Notes under the pieces: generated by a model
Told to the model about the DNA's origin: nothing
Seen by the model: the letters and a program-made list of their open reading frames with translations, nothing else
Databases searched by the model: none
Program-made: the position numbers and the translations under genes
Shown here: in pieces, positions 7,454-16,427 of the stretch
Numbering within the stretch: position 1 is the first letter of the stretch
How the letters are laid out: each line of letters begins with the position of its first letter
Origin: a virus
IMG/VR virus record: IMGVR_UViG_3300045988_180190
DNA length: 64,000 nt
Reading direction: 5' to 3' (one strand)

Positions 7454-8041
7454 TTAATCCTTAAGTCGTAATTGTAGCTTCATTTCGGGGAACCTTTCTA
7501 ACAATTTCTTATACAAAAATAAAGAAGGTCTATTCTCTTTGTTAACTGTATATGCGTTCATATCAAACTTGTCTCCTTCTTCTAATAAGCTTTTTATCAT
7601 TGCTTTTTCTGCTAAACCTTTACCTCTAAATTCGGGAAGCACTCCTATAGAATAATAAGCTACACGTTTATTTTCGGGATTGGTTCTTACTTGCACACCT
7701 CTAAATCCTGCTGGGGCTCCTGTTTCTTCATCTTTTATAATTTCTAAAACATCGTCATTCCCATTATATCGCTCTTTATATAGTCCATGAGGAAAATAAC
7801 GTTTATTCTCTTCATAGATTCGAGATAAAATTTTATCAAGATCTCTTTGAACACCCTCAATATCCGTCGAACGTATTGATCCCTTTTTCTCTATATTGCC
7901 AGTTTCTTGTTTCCGCTTGTCTTTTCTTAGTCTAGAGAATAAGCGTAGTAGTCCAGGGGTAGCATATGAGGAATTTTCACTTTTTTTAGTTGATGCTTCT
8001 TTTTTTAATTGAAACTTAGAAATTAGTTGATCAATTGTCAT
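7454..8041 (-). CDS. GNAT-family N-acetyltransferase
   Basis: Motif A-like YYSIGVLPEFRGKGLAEKAM (R/Q-x-x-G-x-G/A). Confidence 0.6.
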   Translation of the reverse strand: MTIDQLISKFQLKKEASTKKSENSSYATPGLLRLFSRLRKDKRKQETGNIEKKGSIRSTDIEGVQRDLDKILSRIYEENKRYFPHGLYKERYNGNDDVLEIIKDEETGAPAGFRGVQVRTNPENKRVAYYSIGVLPEFRGKGLAEKAMIKSLLEEGDKFDMNAYTVNKENRPSLFLYKKLLERFPEMKLQLRLKD

Positions 8042-8210
8042 AATTTTAGAAATTTTTATTTATCAATATTAGTTGCGTTATATTGTCTGTCAACAAAGTT
8101 AATTTCCCTTCTTACGCAGAATATGCAAGAAGTCTAGTTATAGGTAAAATTCTCCTTTCTAGTTGCATATACCACTTTTATCTGTATTTTTTCACAAAGG
8201 TGTCATAGAT
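8042..8210 (-). promoter_or_regulatory. cassette module F (diverged)
   Basis: Same block. Stem-loop at 8108..8132. Confidence 0.5.
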
Positions 8211-8237
8211 AAAAAAAGAGAAGACTGTGGTCTTCTC
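8211..8237 (-). terminator. hairpin terminator (family 2)
   Basis: GAGAAGAC-tgtg-GTCTTCTC followed by T7. Same stem as 7369..7396 with an inverted loop. Confidence 0.7.
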
Positions 8238-8396
8238 TTCGCTATGACTATGTCAACTACTCACTAGACGAGCTAGTGAGCTTGTAACTAGGTATTACTA
8301 CCTGCTACAATAGGCTTGTTGGCGGAAGCCCTAAATTCCTCGCAATAGACAAGCTATTGCATATCCTTTCGGGATTTTAAATGAATAAAAATTAAA

Positions 8397-8753
8397 TTAG
8401 CCTCTTAAATTTGTATTTGTAATTAGTCTAGAATCAAGTTTTGCATATGGGCAATTAAATGCCGAGGATTCTATTTTTTTAAATATCACTTTATCTTTCT
8501 TATCAACTTCTTTATTGTCAGAAATTATTGATTCTGACTTAGATGACTCAGAGATTATATCATCATTATCATCCATTATCTCCTTAACTTCTTCTTTTAA
8601 TTCTTTAACTTCTTCTGGTGTAACTTGTTGCACAACTGTATATGGAGCGCCTTCGACCTCCACAAACGAGTTATCCAAATCCGTAACTTCATTGTGTTCT
8701 GATACTTGCGTATATTGAGTCTGTTTGGTTTGTGTATTTTTGCTTTTACTCAT
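8397..8753 (-). CDS. acidic hypothetical protein
   Basis: 118-aa ORF rich in D/E/S. Confidence 0.5.
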   Translation of the reverse strand: MSKSKNTQTKQTQYTQVSEHNEVTDLDNSFVEVEGAPYTVVQQVTPEEVKELKEEVKEIMDDNDDIISESSKSESIISDNKEVDKKDKVIFKKIESSAFNCPYAKLDSRLITNTNLRG

Positions 8754-9094
8754 AGTGTTTTGATAGGTAATGATTTATGTAACCACTGCACATAATAATT
8801 CCTACTTCTTAAAAAATTATTCAGAATAATTACGTCACAGCAATTATTTTAATTGTGTTAACGTATTTTACTGCGCAGTCGATGTCAATACCTATTTTTA
8901 AACAAATCAGACATCAAGATAAAAAAGTATTTCCTTAAGTGAGTAATTATTGTCTTTTACACCAAAACGGATAAGGGAATATCCTAAATGCCTTCAAGAG
9001 CTATTATACGTATTTTTGGATTATTAAAAAATTAATGTTGAAAGCTTATTTATTTTAATCAAGTATATATGCACTACACAATTTATATAAGCAT

Positions 9095-9754
9095 ATGCCT
9101 ACAAAATTAACTGAACAAGATTTAGATGTGCTTCTGCCAACAACTGGATGGCAAGGAGCTATTGGAGACGTTTTAACACATTCAAGCCCAAGGCAAGGAT
9201 ATAGGTCCGCAATTGCCAATGCACTTGCACAGGCTTCAGGAGACAAGGATGCTTTAGAAGACGCAAATTCATTCTTGATAAAGTATCCTTTTTTGTCTGC
9301 CATTGGGGGGACAGCTATCCCCGCCTTATTGGGTGGCACGATTGGATATAATGTTGCAGGGGATGACCCCAATAATCAACTTATGGGTGCCATAGGTGGT
9401 GCTGCATTATCTGCGCTTTTGGGGGGAATCACTACTTCGCTTATGCGACGTAAGAAGATAAAAAATATTAAAAATCGAGTTATAAATAAACTATTGTCCG
9501 CAGATAAAGTTAATACTTTAAAATCCTATAGTCCGCTAGGGGAATTATATAATGCAGACATCAAGGGACTACGAAAAATCCTTCAGGAAAAAAAGAACAA
9601 TAAACCTATAACTGAAGAAGATTATGATAATGCTTTTGGTAATAATGACCTTGGTAGCACATTAGTAGAAGTGGGAACAAGAATACCTTACGCTGGGGCT
9701 GCGGCTGCACCGTTATATGTGGCTGGAAAATTATTGACGCATCCTCAGTATTAA
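9095..9754 (+). CDS. glycine-zipper membrane protein
   Basis: SAIGGTAIPALLGGTIGY and LMGAIGGAALSALLGGITTSL segments. One of only two plus-strand genes. Confidence 0.6.
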   Translation: MPTKLTEQDLDVLLPTTGWQGAIGDVLTHSSPRQGYRSAIANALAQASGDKDALEDANSFLIKYPFLSAIGGTAIPALLGGTIGYNVAGDDPNNQLMGAIGGAALSALLGGITTSLMRRKKIKNIKNRVINKLLSADKVNTLKSYSPLGELYNADIKGLRKILQEKKNNKPITEEDYDNAFGNNDLGSTLVEVGTRIPYAGAAAAPLYVAGKLLTHPQY

Positions 9755-9776
9755 AATTATCATTTACTAAAGTTTT

Positions 9777-9810
9777 AAAAAAACCCAGTGTGCTATACAC
9801 TGGGTTTTTT
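9777..9810. terminator. bidirectional terminator between convergent genes
   Basis: A7-CCCAGTG-tgctata-CACTGGG-T6. Confidence 0.8.
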
Positions 9811-9828
9811 GTATGCCTAGATTAACCT

Positions 9829-10212
9829 TTACTTACACCTTGTATTCCAAGCTTCTGCAGCTTCTTTACTTCTGCCGGAGCCTTCTATCTGGGCCCCGCA
9901 GTTATTGCATGAAACAATGTAAAATACGTCTTTATCATGATATTCTTCAGCACTTAATTCTATATCCTTGCTACCGCAGAACGGGCAAGGCTTTAGCTGC
10001 ACTTCTTCAATAGAATCAACCTGAAAGCTGTTGTCGCAATACTCATTATTATATTCATAAGTATAACTTACTTCTTCAGTCGATTTATCCATAGCTCTTA
10101 AAGCTTGTTCAAGTTTTTCCTTAGCCTCATCCAAGCTATCTGCTTTTACTTTAGCTGATCCTCCAGAAAGTATAACTTCTGAGCAACAAAAATTTAAATC
10201 ATAGGTATTCAT
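9829..10212 (-). CDS. Lar-like restriction-alleviation protein (C-terminal zinc ribbon)
   Basis: CPFCGS...CNNCGAQ...EAAEAWNTR matches the Lar-family pattern CPFCG..C..CG...A..AWNRR. Confidence 0.55.
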   Translation of the reverse strand: MNTYDLNFCCSEVILSGGSAKVKADSLDEAKEKLEQALRAMDKSTEEVSYTYEYNNEYCDNSFQVDSIEEVQLKPCPFCGSKDIELSAEEYHDKDVFYIVSCNNCGAQIEGSGRSKEAAEAWNTRCK

Positions 10213-10241
10213 ATTTCTTTTCCTTTACTAGTAAGTTGACA

Positions 10242-10445
10242 TTAAATAAATATATAAAAGGATTCTGTGTCAGAATCATATTTAAAGCCTAATTCCTCAA
10301 GCCTTTCTTTTTCCCAATCAGGTATCGTTTCGGGATCGACTTCCACATGAAACTCTTCGTTATTACACCAACAAGGATAAGGAGTCTTTGTATACGTTCT
10401 AAAAATCTTTAAAGCCTCAATAAATTTATCCAAAAAGTTATCCAT
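10242..10445 (-). CDS. hypothetical protein
   Basis: 67-aa ORF with GGAGG 8 nt upstream of the ATG. Confidence 0.55.
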   Translation of the reverse strand: MDNFLDKFIEALKIFRTYTKTPYPCWCNNEEFHVEVDPETIPDWEKERLEELGFKYDSDTESFYIFI

Positions 10446-10470
10446 TGTTATTTACCTCCGTATTTATTTA

Positions 10471-10866
10471 TTAAGTATTATAATAATAATCTTCTATATC
10501 CAAATTAGTAATACACCCGTATTTATCCTTTTTAAAGGTTAATCCATCTGTGGGTATTACCAACAAGCCTAAATAATTAACTCCGATTGGTCTGTCATAC
10601 AGTATATCTGGTGCGGTCCAATCCTCGTCTTTATGCATTACACCCAAAGCTTTAAACCCTTTAAACCCTTTTGATTCAAGCTCTTTATTTAATGATTTTA
10701 CCTCAGAAGCTCCTAGCCTTCCGTCTATAAGATATCCTTCTTTCTTTACTATTGGGCTATCCTCAGTTCTATTATCCCTCAAATGGACCTCAAACTTTAT
10801 TATAGATATACCCTTACCTTTAACATATTTATTAATTATTGCTTTTATCCCTCTTTTCATAAACAA
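10471..10866 (-). CDS. hypothetical protein
   Basis: 131-aa ORF in the co-directional gene string. Confidence 0.6.
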   Translation of the reverse strand: MFMKRGIKAIINKYVKGKGISIIKFEVHLRDNRTEDSPIVKKEGYLIDGRLGASEVKSLNKELESKGFKGFKALGVMHKDEDWTAPDILYDRPIGVNYLGLLVIPTDGLTFKKDKYGCITNLDIEDYYYNT

Positions 10867-10913
10867 AATAATCTTAATTATTGGTTAATACCTAGTTTCC
10901 GAAACAAATATGC

Positions 10914-11510
10914 TTACTCCTCCATCTTCCAAGTGTAAGTAGTCAATAGTCTATTTTTATCTTTAACTACTTCAGGTTTAATTTCTATTATCTCATCTTC
11001 AGAAGACTTATTAAACTTTTTAGCATAAGCCCAAGATATTGCTTGTTTAAGCTCGCTATTAGACTTTCGTTTAGGATCAGAATGTAATGGCGAAAGATAA
11101 TCACAGCATATATATCTATTTTCTATATATTCCTGTGGCAATATGGCAAGAAGCTCAAAAGGTTCAGTCCAATTTTTATTGTCGTCGCTAAATACACATA
11201 ATGTTCCAATATCTTTTTTCGTTGGTATGACATCAACCACATCAATCTTTTTACTAAATTGTTCCTTAGTTATTGAGTCTACTATAGTTTTTTCTAGCTG
11301 TCTTCCATAGTGTCTATCGCTTGTAGGTATACATACTAAGGAATCCTTGCAGCCTATGATAGGTGCGTGCTCAATTAACGGAATACTACATACCCCACCG
11401 TCCTCAAATCTTATTCTTCCTGAACTTTTGAAATTACCATGTCTTGATTTCACCTGTATCAAAAGATGCTTTGGACACTCACGGGAAAAAACTAATTTTA
11501 ATGATTTCAT
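10914..11510 (-). CDS. hypothetical protein
   Basis: 198-aa ORF. Confidence 0.6.
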   Translation of the reverse strand: MKSLKLVFSRECPKHLLIQVKSRHGNFKSSGRIRFEDGGVCSIPLIEHAPIIGCKDSLVCIPTSDRHYGRQLEKTIVDSITKEQFSKKIDVVDVIPTKKDIGTLCVFSDDNKNWTEPFELLAILPQEYIENRYICCDYLSPLHSDPKRKSNSELKQAISWAYAKKFNKSSEDEIIEIKPEVVKDKNRLLTTYTWKMEE

Positions 11511-11585
11511 AATATGATATTTGTCTCCTTTTTGTTATGTTATTTGTCTCCCTATTATTATGATATTTGTCTCCCTGTTATTACG

Positions 11586-12131
11586 TTATTTGGCTAAGTC
11601 AAAGCTGATGTCAGAATCTATTTCGTCTCCCCAACTATCCCAACCATCAGCTTTATTTCTAGCAAATAATTCTATTCTAGGTAAATCACCTACTAATTCT
11701 ATAATTTTATCTCTTACACAATCAGGCTTTTGCGAATGATTACGTAGTGGACTAAACACAAGCTGTGATACATTTGGGCTAATCCTCTTAGGCTTTCCTT
11801 TAGTCGCCAATAAACAAGGTTCACTGTTGCCTCTAGTCCACCTTCCCAATCCAAAGAATAATCCGTCTCCAGATTTATTCTGTTTTATCCACTGAAAAGC
11901 TATGGTTTTATATTTAAATCCCCAAGCGTCAATAACGTCTAAAGCTTCTTTTAGTTTGGGATACGTAGCCCACATAAACAAGATACAGTCATCCGCAGCT
12001 ATATCTTTAATTGGGAGTGACTGTAATTCAGAATCCGTCATTGTTTTATAATGACGGGCACAAGCACCTTGACAGTTCTTATCTTGATATGTCCATGGAG
12101 GATCGGCGTAAATAATGTTATACTTTTTCAT
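11586..12131 (-). CDS. MT-A70-like N6-adenine DNA methyltransferase
   Basis: Catalytic IIYADPPWTY (DPPW) motif near the N-terminus. Confidence 0.75.
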   Translation of the reverse strand: MKKYNIIYADPPWTYQDKNCQGACARHYKTMTDSELQSLPIKDIAADDCILFMWATYPKLKEALDVIDAWGFKYKTIAFQWIKQNKSGDGLFFGLGRWTRGNSEPCLLATKGKPKRISPNVSQLVFSPLRNHSQKPDCVRDKIIELVGDLPRIELFARNKADGWDSWGDEIDSDISFDLAK

Positions 12132-12137
12132 TGTAAC

Positions 12138-12368
12138 TTAATTAATCTCCTCACATTCACATATGTTAAATTCACTATCATTAGCGTAGGAATCTTCTAA
12201 GTAGCCATCCATTTCAATTTCACCACTCCAATGCTTATCCCAAACTGCCTCTTCTGCCGCTTCTTTGCTAGACGCTAAAACGACAATAGACCCTGGAACT
12301 ATAACTTCTTGGGTATAATAAAAATTAACTCTATATTTCTTTAACTCTGGTTTCTTAGAAGATTTCAT
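12138..12368 (-). CDS. hypothetical protein sharing an N-terminal domain with 9829..10212
   Basis: FYYTQEVIVPGSIVVLASSKEAAEEAV vs FCCSEVILSGGSAKVKADSLDEAKEKL. AGGAG upstream. Confidence 0.55.
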   Translation of the reverse strand: MKSSKKPELKKYRVNFYYTQEVIVPGSIVVLASSKEAAEEAVWDKHWSGEIEMDGYLEDSYANDSEFNICECEEIN

Positions 12369-12369
12369 A

Positions 12370-13107
12370 TTAATTCTCCTTTTCTTGTTGACTTGGGTTA
12401 GTAAATATAACTGGATACTTTTCTTTAAGTATATCCTCCATACTTTTAGCTATTACTTGAATATCAGGGTGAGCTCTTGGTGAAGTTCTAAGATCAAGAA
12501 AGTTTAGCAATGACCTTATATTCATAGTAGATATGATTTCAGTCTTTAAACACCCTGGCAAAGACACACGAGCTTGCTGGGGTTTCCAACCTAAGTCCAA
12601 CTTCATATTATATGAAAACTCAGCACGTTTTATGTCTTCAATCCAATTACAAACGCACTTTATATCCTTATCAATATCTGGATTATTTAACTCATACAAT
12701 ACCGAAGACTCATCCCTGGATTGTAACAAATTGTTTGCCTTTTCTATTTGTTCCCAGGTAATCCATTGAGGTTTTACAAAGGTTAGTCCCTTCTTAGAAT
12801 CCCCGTAATTACAATACCTAGTGCTTTCCACAGACAAACTTTGTATTCTATGTCTTGCATATTCCTGCAATACATCTCTTGAGGTTATTATTCTAAATGT
12901 AAACGAAACATGCTCAAGAGTTGAAGTGTGTCCATTATCTAATACAAGCTTTATTATAGACTTCCATGAGTCATCAGTAATCTTGTCTTCGGATTTATAA
13001 CAGTTTCGTATACATAACTCTAGCAACTTCATTGGAGACTCACCGCTCAAGTCATCCAACGCATAGGTTTGTCCTAGTAAGCTTACGCTTGGATCTATTA
13101 TTTTCAT
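12370..13107 (-). CDS. thyX: FAD-dependent thymidylate synthase
   Basis: ThyX signature ARHRIQSLSVESTRY (RHR..S....S.R). Confidence 0.85.
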   Translation of the reverse strand: MKIIDPSVSLLGQTYALDDLSGESPMKLLELCIRNCYKSEDKITDDSWKSIIKLVLDNGHTSTLEHVSFTFRIITSRDVLQEYARHRIQSLSVESTRYCNYGDSKKGLTFVKPQWITWEQIEKANNLLQSRDESSVLYELNNPDIDKDIKCVCNWIEDIKRAEFSYNMKLDLGWKPQQARVSLPGCLKTEIISTMNIRSLLNFLDLRTSPRAHPDIQVIAKSMEDILKEKYPVIFTNPSQQEKEN

Positions 13108-13119
13108 GTTATCAATGTA

Positions 13120-13284
13120 CTATTTTAAGTTAAATATCTTTTTATCTATAAAGAAAAATACACAACCTCCAATTAAATTGCCAATAATTGCTGACCACAC
13201 AGGGTCAGCAATAGCAGCAATCACTGGTATAAGAATGAGCGATGACATTTGCCATCTCATTAAATAAAACATAAATTTCTTCAT
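13120..13284 (-). CDS. small hydrophobic membrane protein (54 aa, below the ORF-track cutoff)
   Basis: Hand translation gives MKKFMFYLMRWQMSSLILIPVIAAIADPVWSAIIGNLIGGCVFFFIDKKIFNLK. GAGGA upstream. It fills an otherwise empty gap. Confidence 0.4.
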   Translation of the reverse strand: MKKFMFYLMRWQMSSLILIPVIAAIADPVWSAIIGNLIGGCVFFFIDKKIFNLK

Positions 13285-13290
13285 TCCTCA

Positions 13291-13575
13291 CTAAAAATAG
13301 CTAGGGTCATACCCACGAGAAGGAGTGGTTGGAACATAATACGGCAAAAGAGGATCACTAGGAGTTGTTGGTTGCGTAATAGTATCTTTTTGTTTATCTG
13401 AAATCCTATCTAAACCATTCATTAATATGACAGCTCTCAGCTGTTGTACCTCTGATGTCAAAAGCCCAATTGCTTCTTTTAAAGCACTAATACTATCCAG
13501 AAGGTCCTTTTTAAAAGGATCTTCCCGTTCCCGTATAATTAGTTTATTATTTTTGTCCATACTTAAAAATTGCAA
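13291..13575 (-). CDS. hypothetical protein
   Basis: 94-aa ORF. Confidence 0.5.
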   Translation of the reverse strand: MQFLSMDKNNKLIIREREDPFKKDLLDSISALKEAIGLLTSEVQQLRAVILMNGLDRISDKQKDTITQPTTPSDPLLPYYVPTTPSRGYDPSYF

Positions 13576-14204
13576 TAGGATCCTAATAAAGGATCATTTT
13601 TTATGGCTCTTAATACTTTATTTGGCAAACCTCTGTCAAGTAAATCTTGTTTGCTACTGCATAAAGAAATCTCTTCAAGCTCTTCTGCGGTAGAATACAT
13701 TATGTGACCGGATAGTTGTGTAGGCTCTTGCCATAAACTAAACCCATCAGGAGACTTAATAAAATATTTAAAATCTTCGTCGTCCATCAGTATTGACAAT
13801 AGCCTATCTACATTGTAAGGCAAAATAGCGCAAGTTGAGTAGTTAGCCCTTACGTCTCCATGTAAATGCATAGCAAATAAAGTGAATGGATACCTATTGG
13901 AACCTTCATATTCTTCCTGAGTGTAGTCATAATATGTTAATCTTACAGGCTTAACTACCCATGTCAAAGGTAAGTCATCATTGTAAGAATTATATGCTTT
14001 TTCCTCCGAAACTTTTATAGTGTCACCATGGTCATCACATGACCATAAGCCAAAATCTTCTTTATCCATTATGGGTACATGTATTTCTCCATATTTTTTT
14101 AAAGCATTGACAAACTGTATCTTATACTTATTTAAAGCTTTATCAGGAAAAGTCTTTTGAGATTCCTTAATGTCTTTTATTATTTTATCTAATTGAGTCT
14201 TCAT
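13563..14204 (-). CDS. hypothetical protein
   Basis: 213-aa ORF. Confidence 0.6.
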   Translation of the reverse strand: MKTQLDKIIKDIKESQKTFPDKALNKYKIQFVNALKKYGEIHVPIMDKEDFGLWSCDDHGDTIKVSEEKAYNSYNDDLPLTWVVKPVRLTYYDYTQEEYEGSNRYPFTLFAMHLHGDVRANYSTCAILPYNVDRLLSILMDDEDFKYFIKSPDGFSLWQEPTQLSGHIMYSTAEELEEISLCSSKQDLLDRGLPNKVLRAIKNDPLLGSYCNF

Positions 14205-14231
14205 AAGTTTAGGTTGATGATATTAACATAA

Positions 14232-14267
14232 AATAAGCTCAAGAAAATCGATTTTCTTGAGCTTATT
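14232..14267 (-). terminator. hairpin terminator
   Basis: AATAAGCTCAAGAAAATC/GATTTTCTTGAGCTTATT followed by a T-rich tract. Confidence 0.65.
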
Positions 14268-14303
14268 ATTTATAATTTTACGAGATTACAACTACCTGTG
14301 TTA

Positions 14304-14579
14304 TTATAGTTTTTCAAGAATTCTAAAAGCTATAGAATGTCCATCTTCCCTATGAAAAGGTCCAACTACAAAAAGTTTGAGATCATTAATATCTGGGGTA
14401 AAGGACTCTTCATCTTCTATATACTTCTGAGTGCTCTCCGATTCATCGCATCTCAAGTGTTCCGAAAATGCATCCTCAAGAGCAACAAGTCTACGTGTTA
14501 GTGCGTCTATATCCTCTGTGCTAACTTTACGGATATTCTTATTTAGTTTATTGTTTTTAACTGTATTTGTTTTTTTCAT
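14304..14579 (-). CDS. hypothetical protein
   Basis: 91-aa ORF. Confidence 0.5.
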   Translation of the reverse strand: MKKTNTVKNNKLNKNIRKVSTEDIDALTRRLVALEDAFSEHLRCDESESTQKYIEDEESFTPDINDLKLFVVGPFHREDGHSIAFRILEKL

Positions 14580-14623
14580 TTTAGTTATCCTTTGTTTAAT
14601 TTTTGATAGTTTGTTGTAAGTTA

Positions 14624-16045
14624 TTAATCCATTTCATCGAAATCAATACAGTCACTTAACTGATGATTTCTGCTTCTGTAAGCACCATCTCCCAATGAAG
14701 CATAATGATCCTTTTCTAAATCAGTATCAGCATAAAATATATCAGATCTATTTGAAGATATATAGTCTCCACATGCGTCTCTATACCTCCTTCTGAATAT
14801 ACCATCACTATCTAGAATAAAATCATTTAGTAGCTTTTTGGGTTTATGTGTTTCAAAATTTAACTCCGCATCGTAGGAGTCATCATAATCCTCGGCGTCT
14901 TCTTGTTCAACTTCATCACCTTCCTCGGAATCTACATAATCAGTTTTAGCAGTTTCCACACTAGAGATGACTTTACTTGCAGGTGTTGCAAAATCCTTTA
15001 AGTCTAATGCGACAGAAAATGAATTCTCTTTTCCTCCAATCTCAGCCACAATCCCGTCAAAATATACTTCAAAACTTGATCCGGGAAAAGATTCATTTTC
15101 GTAATAAAAACCCTTAGGACAAAACTTAAAAGAAGGTACGTTATCCCTTGATGATTTATCCATAGCATCTAGATGTCCACAAGGAAACAACCCCCACAAA
15201 CCTGTTTTTGTTTTAAATTTAATCACTTTACCTGTAGCGACATCTGTAACGGGTAGCCCTGCTAAAGTTGCGGCATATTCCCCGTCTGAACCACTTAATG
15301 CAGAAAATAATATGAAATATGGTTCATTGTTCTTAAATACTGCCGTAAATTTACGCTTATTACCCTTTGTCAAAGTGGACGAAAGATACCCCTCCAAGTC
15401 CATCCAATCATAAAGATCCTCAAAATCTTCTGCACTTAAACTATTATAAGGATCATCTATGTAAAAATCCTTAATACCCTTAGCATTAAATACTTTAAAT
15501 ATGTCATGTACAAAATGCAAGTCATTGCCATCCTGTAAGGTTGGGTCAGATACTACAGTCACAAAGTTAAAAACATTAGCTGGTGGACATTCTTTTCTGT
15601 CCATTGATTTCACTATTGTGTCTACCTGGTCGTCTGTAGGGAACTCCGCAGTAACTTCCGTTGCATGCTCAGGAGTACTCGAACCTGTAGCGCCAACTTG
15701 TTTTACCCAAGTGCCATCTGAAAGCTTCCTATAACCTGCAGGGCGTCCTCTTTTCTTTGGCGCTACATCATCTTTTTTGGGAGATACTACTTCTCCAAGT
15801 TTTACCCAAGTACCATCTTGTAACTTTCTATATCCACTAGGTCTACCCCTTTTTTTATGTGTCACATCGTCTGGTACGCTTACTTTCGTGACTGAAGGCT
15901 CTATTATTTTTTGAGGATCCTCCATTTGAGTACACTCCGGTAAGCTTTCATCAGCAGGAGTAACTGTGCTCGTTTTTACCCAAGTACCATCAGGCTGCTT
16001 ACGATATCCTGCAGGTCTTCCTCGTTTTTTTCTAAGTTCTTCCAT
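14624..16045 (-). CDS. protein with three N-terminal AT-hook-like repeats
   Basis: KKRGRPAGYRKQPDGTWVK, KKRGRPSGYRKLQDGTWVK, KKRGRPAGYRKLSDGTWVK. Confidence 0.7.
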   Translation of the reverse strand: MEELRKKRGRPAGYRKQPDGTWVKTSTVTPADESLPECTQMEDPQKIIEPSVTKVSVPDDVTHKKRGRPSGYRKLQDGTWVKLGEVVSPKKDDVAPKKRGRPAGYRKLSDGTWVKQVGATGSSTPEHATEVTAEFPTDDQVDTIVKSMDRKECPPANVFNFVTVVSDPTLQDGNDLHFVHDIFKVFNAKGIKDFYIDDPYNSLSAEDFEDLYDWMDLEGYLSSTLTKGNKRKFTAVFKNNEPYFILFSALSGSDGEYAATLAGLPVTDVATGKVIKFKTKTGLWGLFPCGHLDAMDKSSRDNVPSFKFCPKGFYYENESFPGSSFEVYFDGIVAEIGGKENSFSVALDLKDFATPASKVISSVETAKTDYVDSEEGDEVEQEDAEDYDDSYDAELNFETHKPKKLLNDFILDSDGIFRRRYRDACGDYISSNRSDIFYADTDLEKDHYASLGDGAYRSRNHQLSDCIDFDEMD

Positions 16046-16088
16046 AATTAATTTTCAGTAGTTTATTAAATATATTATATTAAAAGAT

Positions 16089-16427
16089 TTAACTATAATT
16101 TTTACCTATTAAGATTACCTGACATGGATTTATTGTAGCGTATGAATAAATATTACCGTCACTTCCAATTGCCTCATACCTATCCACAGGCATAAAACTT
16201 AGTAATACATGATCACCATTTTTTAAAATGTTTTTCCTAGACTTTCCACAATTTAAATCTTTAAATTCCCCATTGTCCATAGTGCCCACTGATACAACTA
16301 CTGCTTCCTTGTTGGAAAATGTGCCTTGGCTTGGTAAAATTATACCATCGCGCTCAGTATCCACAGCCTGAAGCTGCCTTACAATGATTCTTCCCCTTGG
16401 GGCTTTAAGTTCTATTTCTTTTATCAT
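16089..16427 (-). CDS. GroES/gp31-like co-chaperonin
   Basis: PRGRIIVRQL...DGIILP...AVVVSVG...LKNGDHVLL parallels GroES DRVIVKR..GGIVL..GEVLAVG..VKVGDIVIF. Confidence 0.5.
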   Translation of the reverse strand: MIKEIELKAPRGRIIVRQLQAVDTERDGIILPSQGTFSNKEAVVVSVGTMDNGEFKDLNCGKSRKNILKNGDHVLLSFMPVDRYEAIGSDGNIYSYATINPCQVILIGKNYS

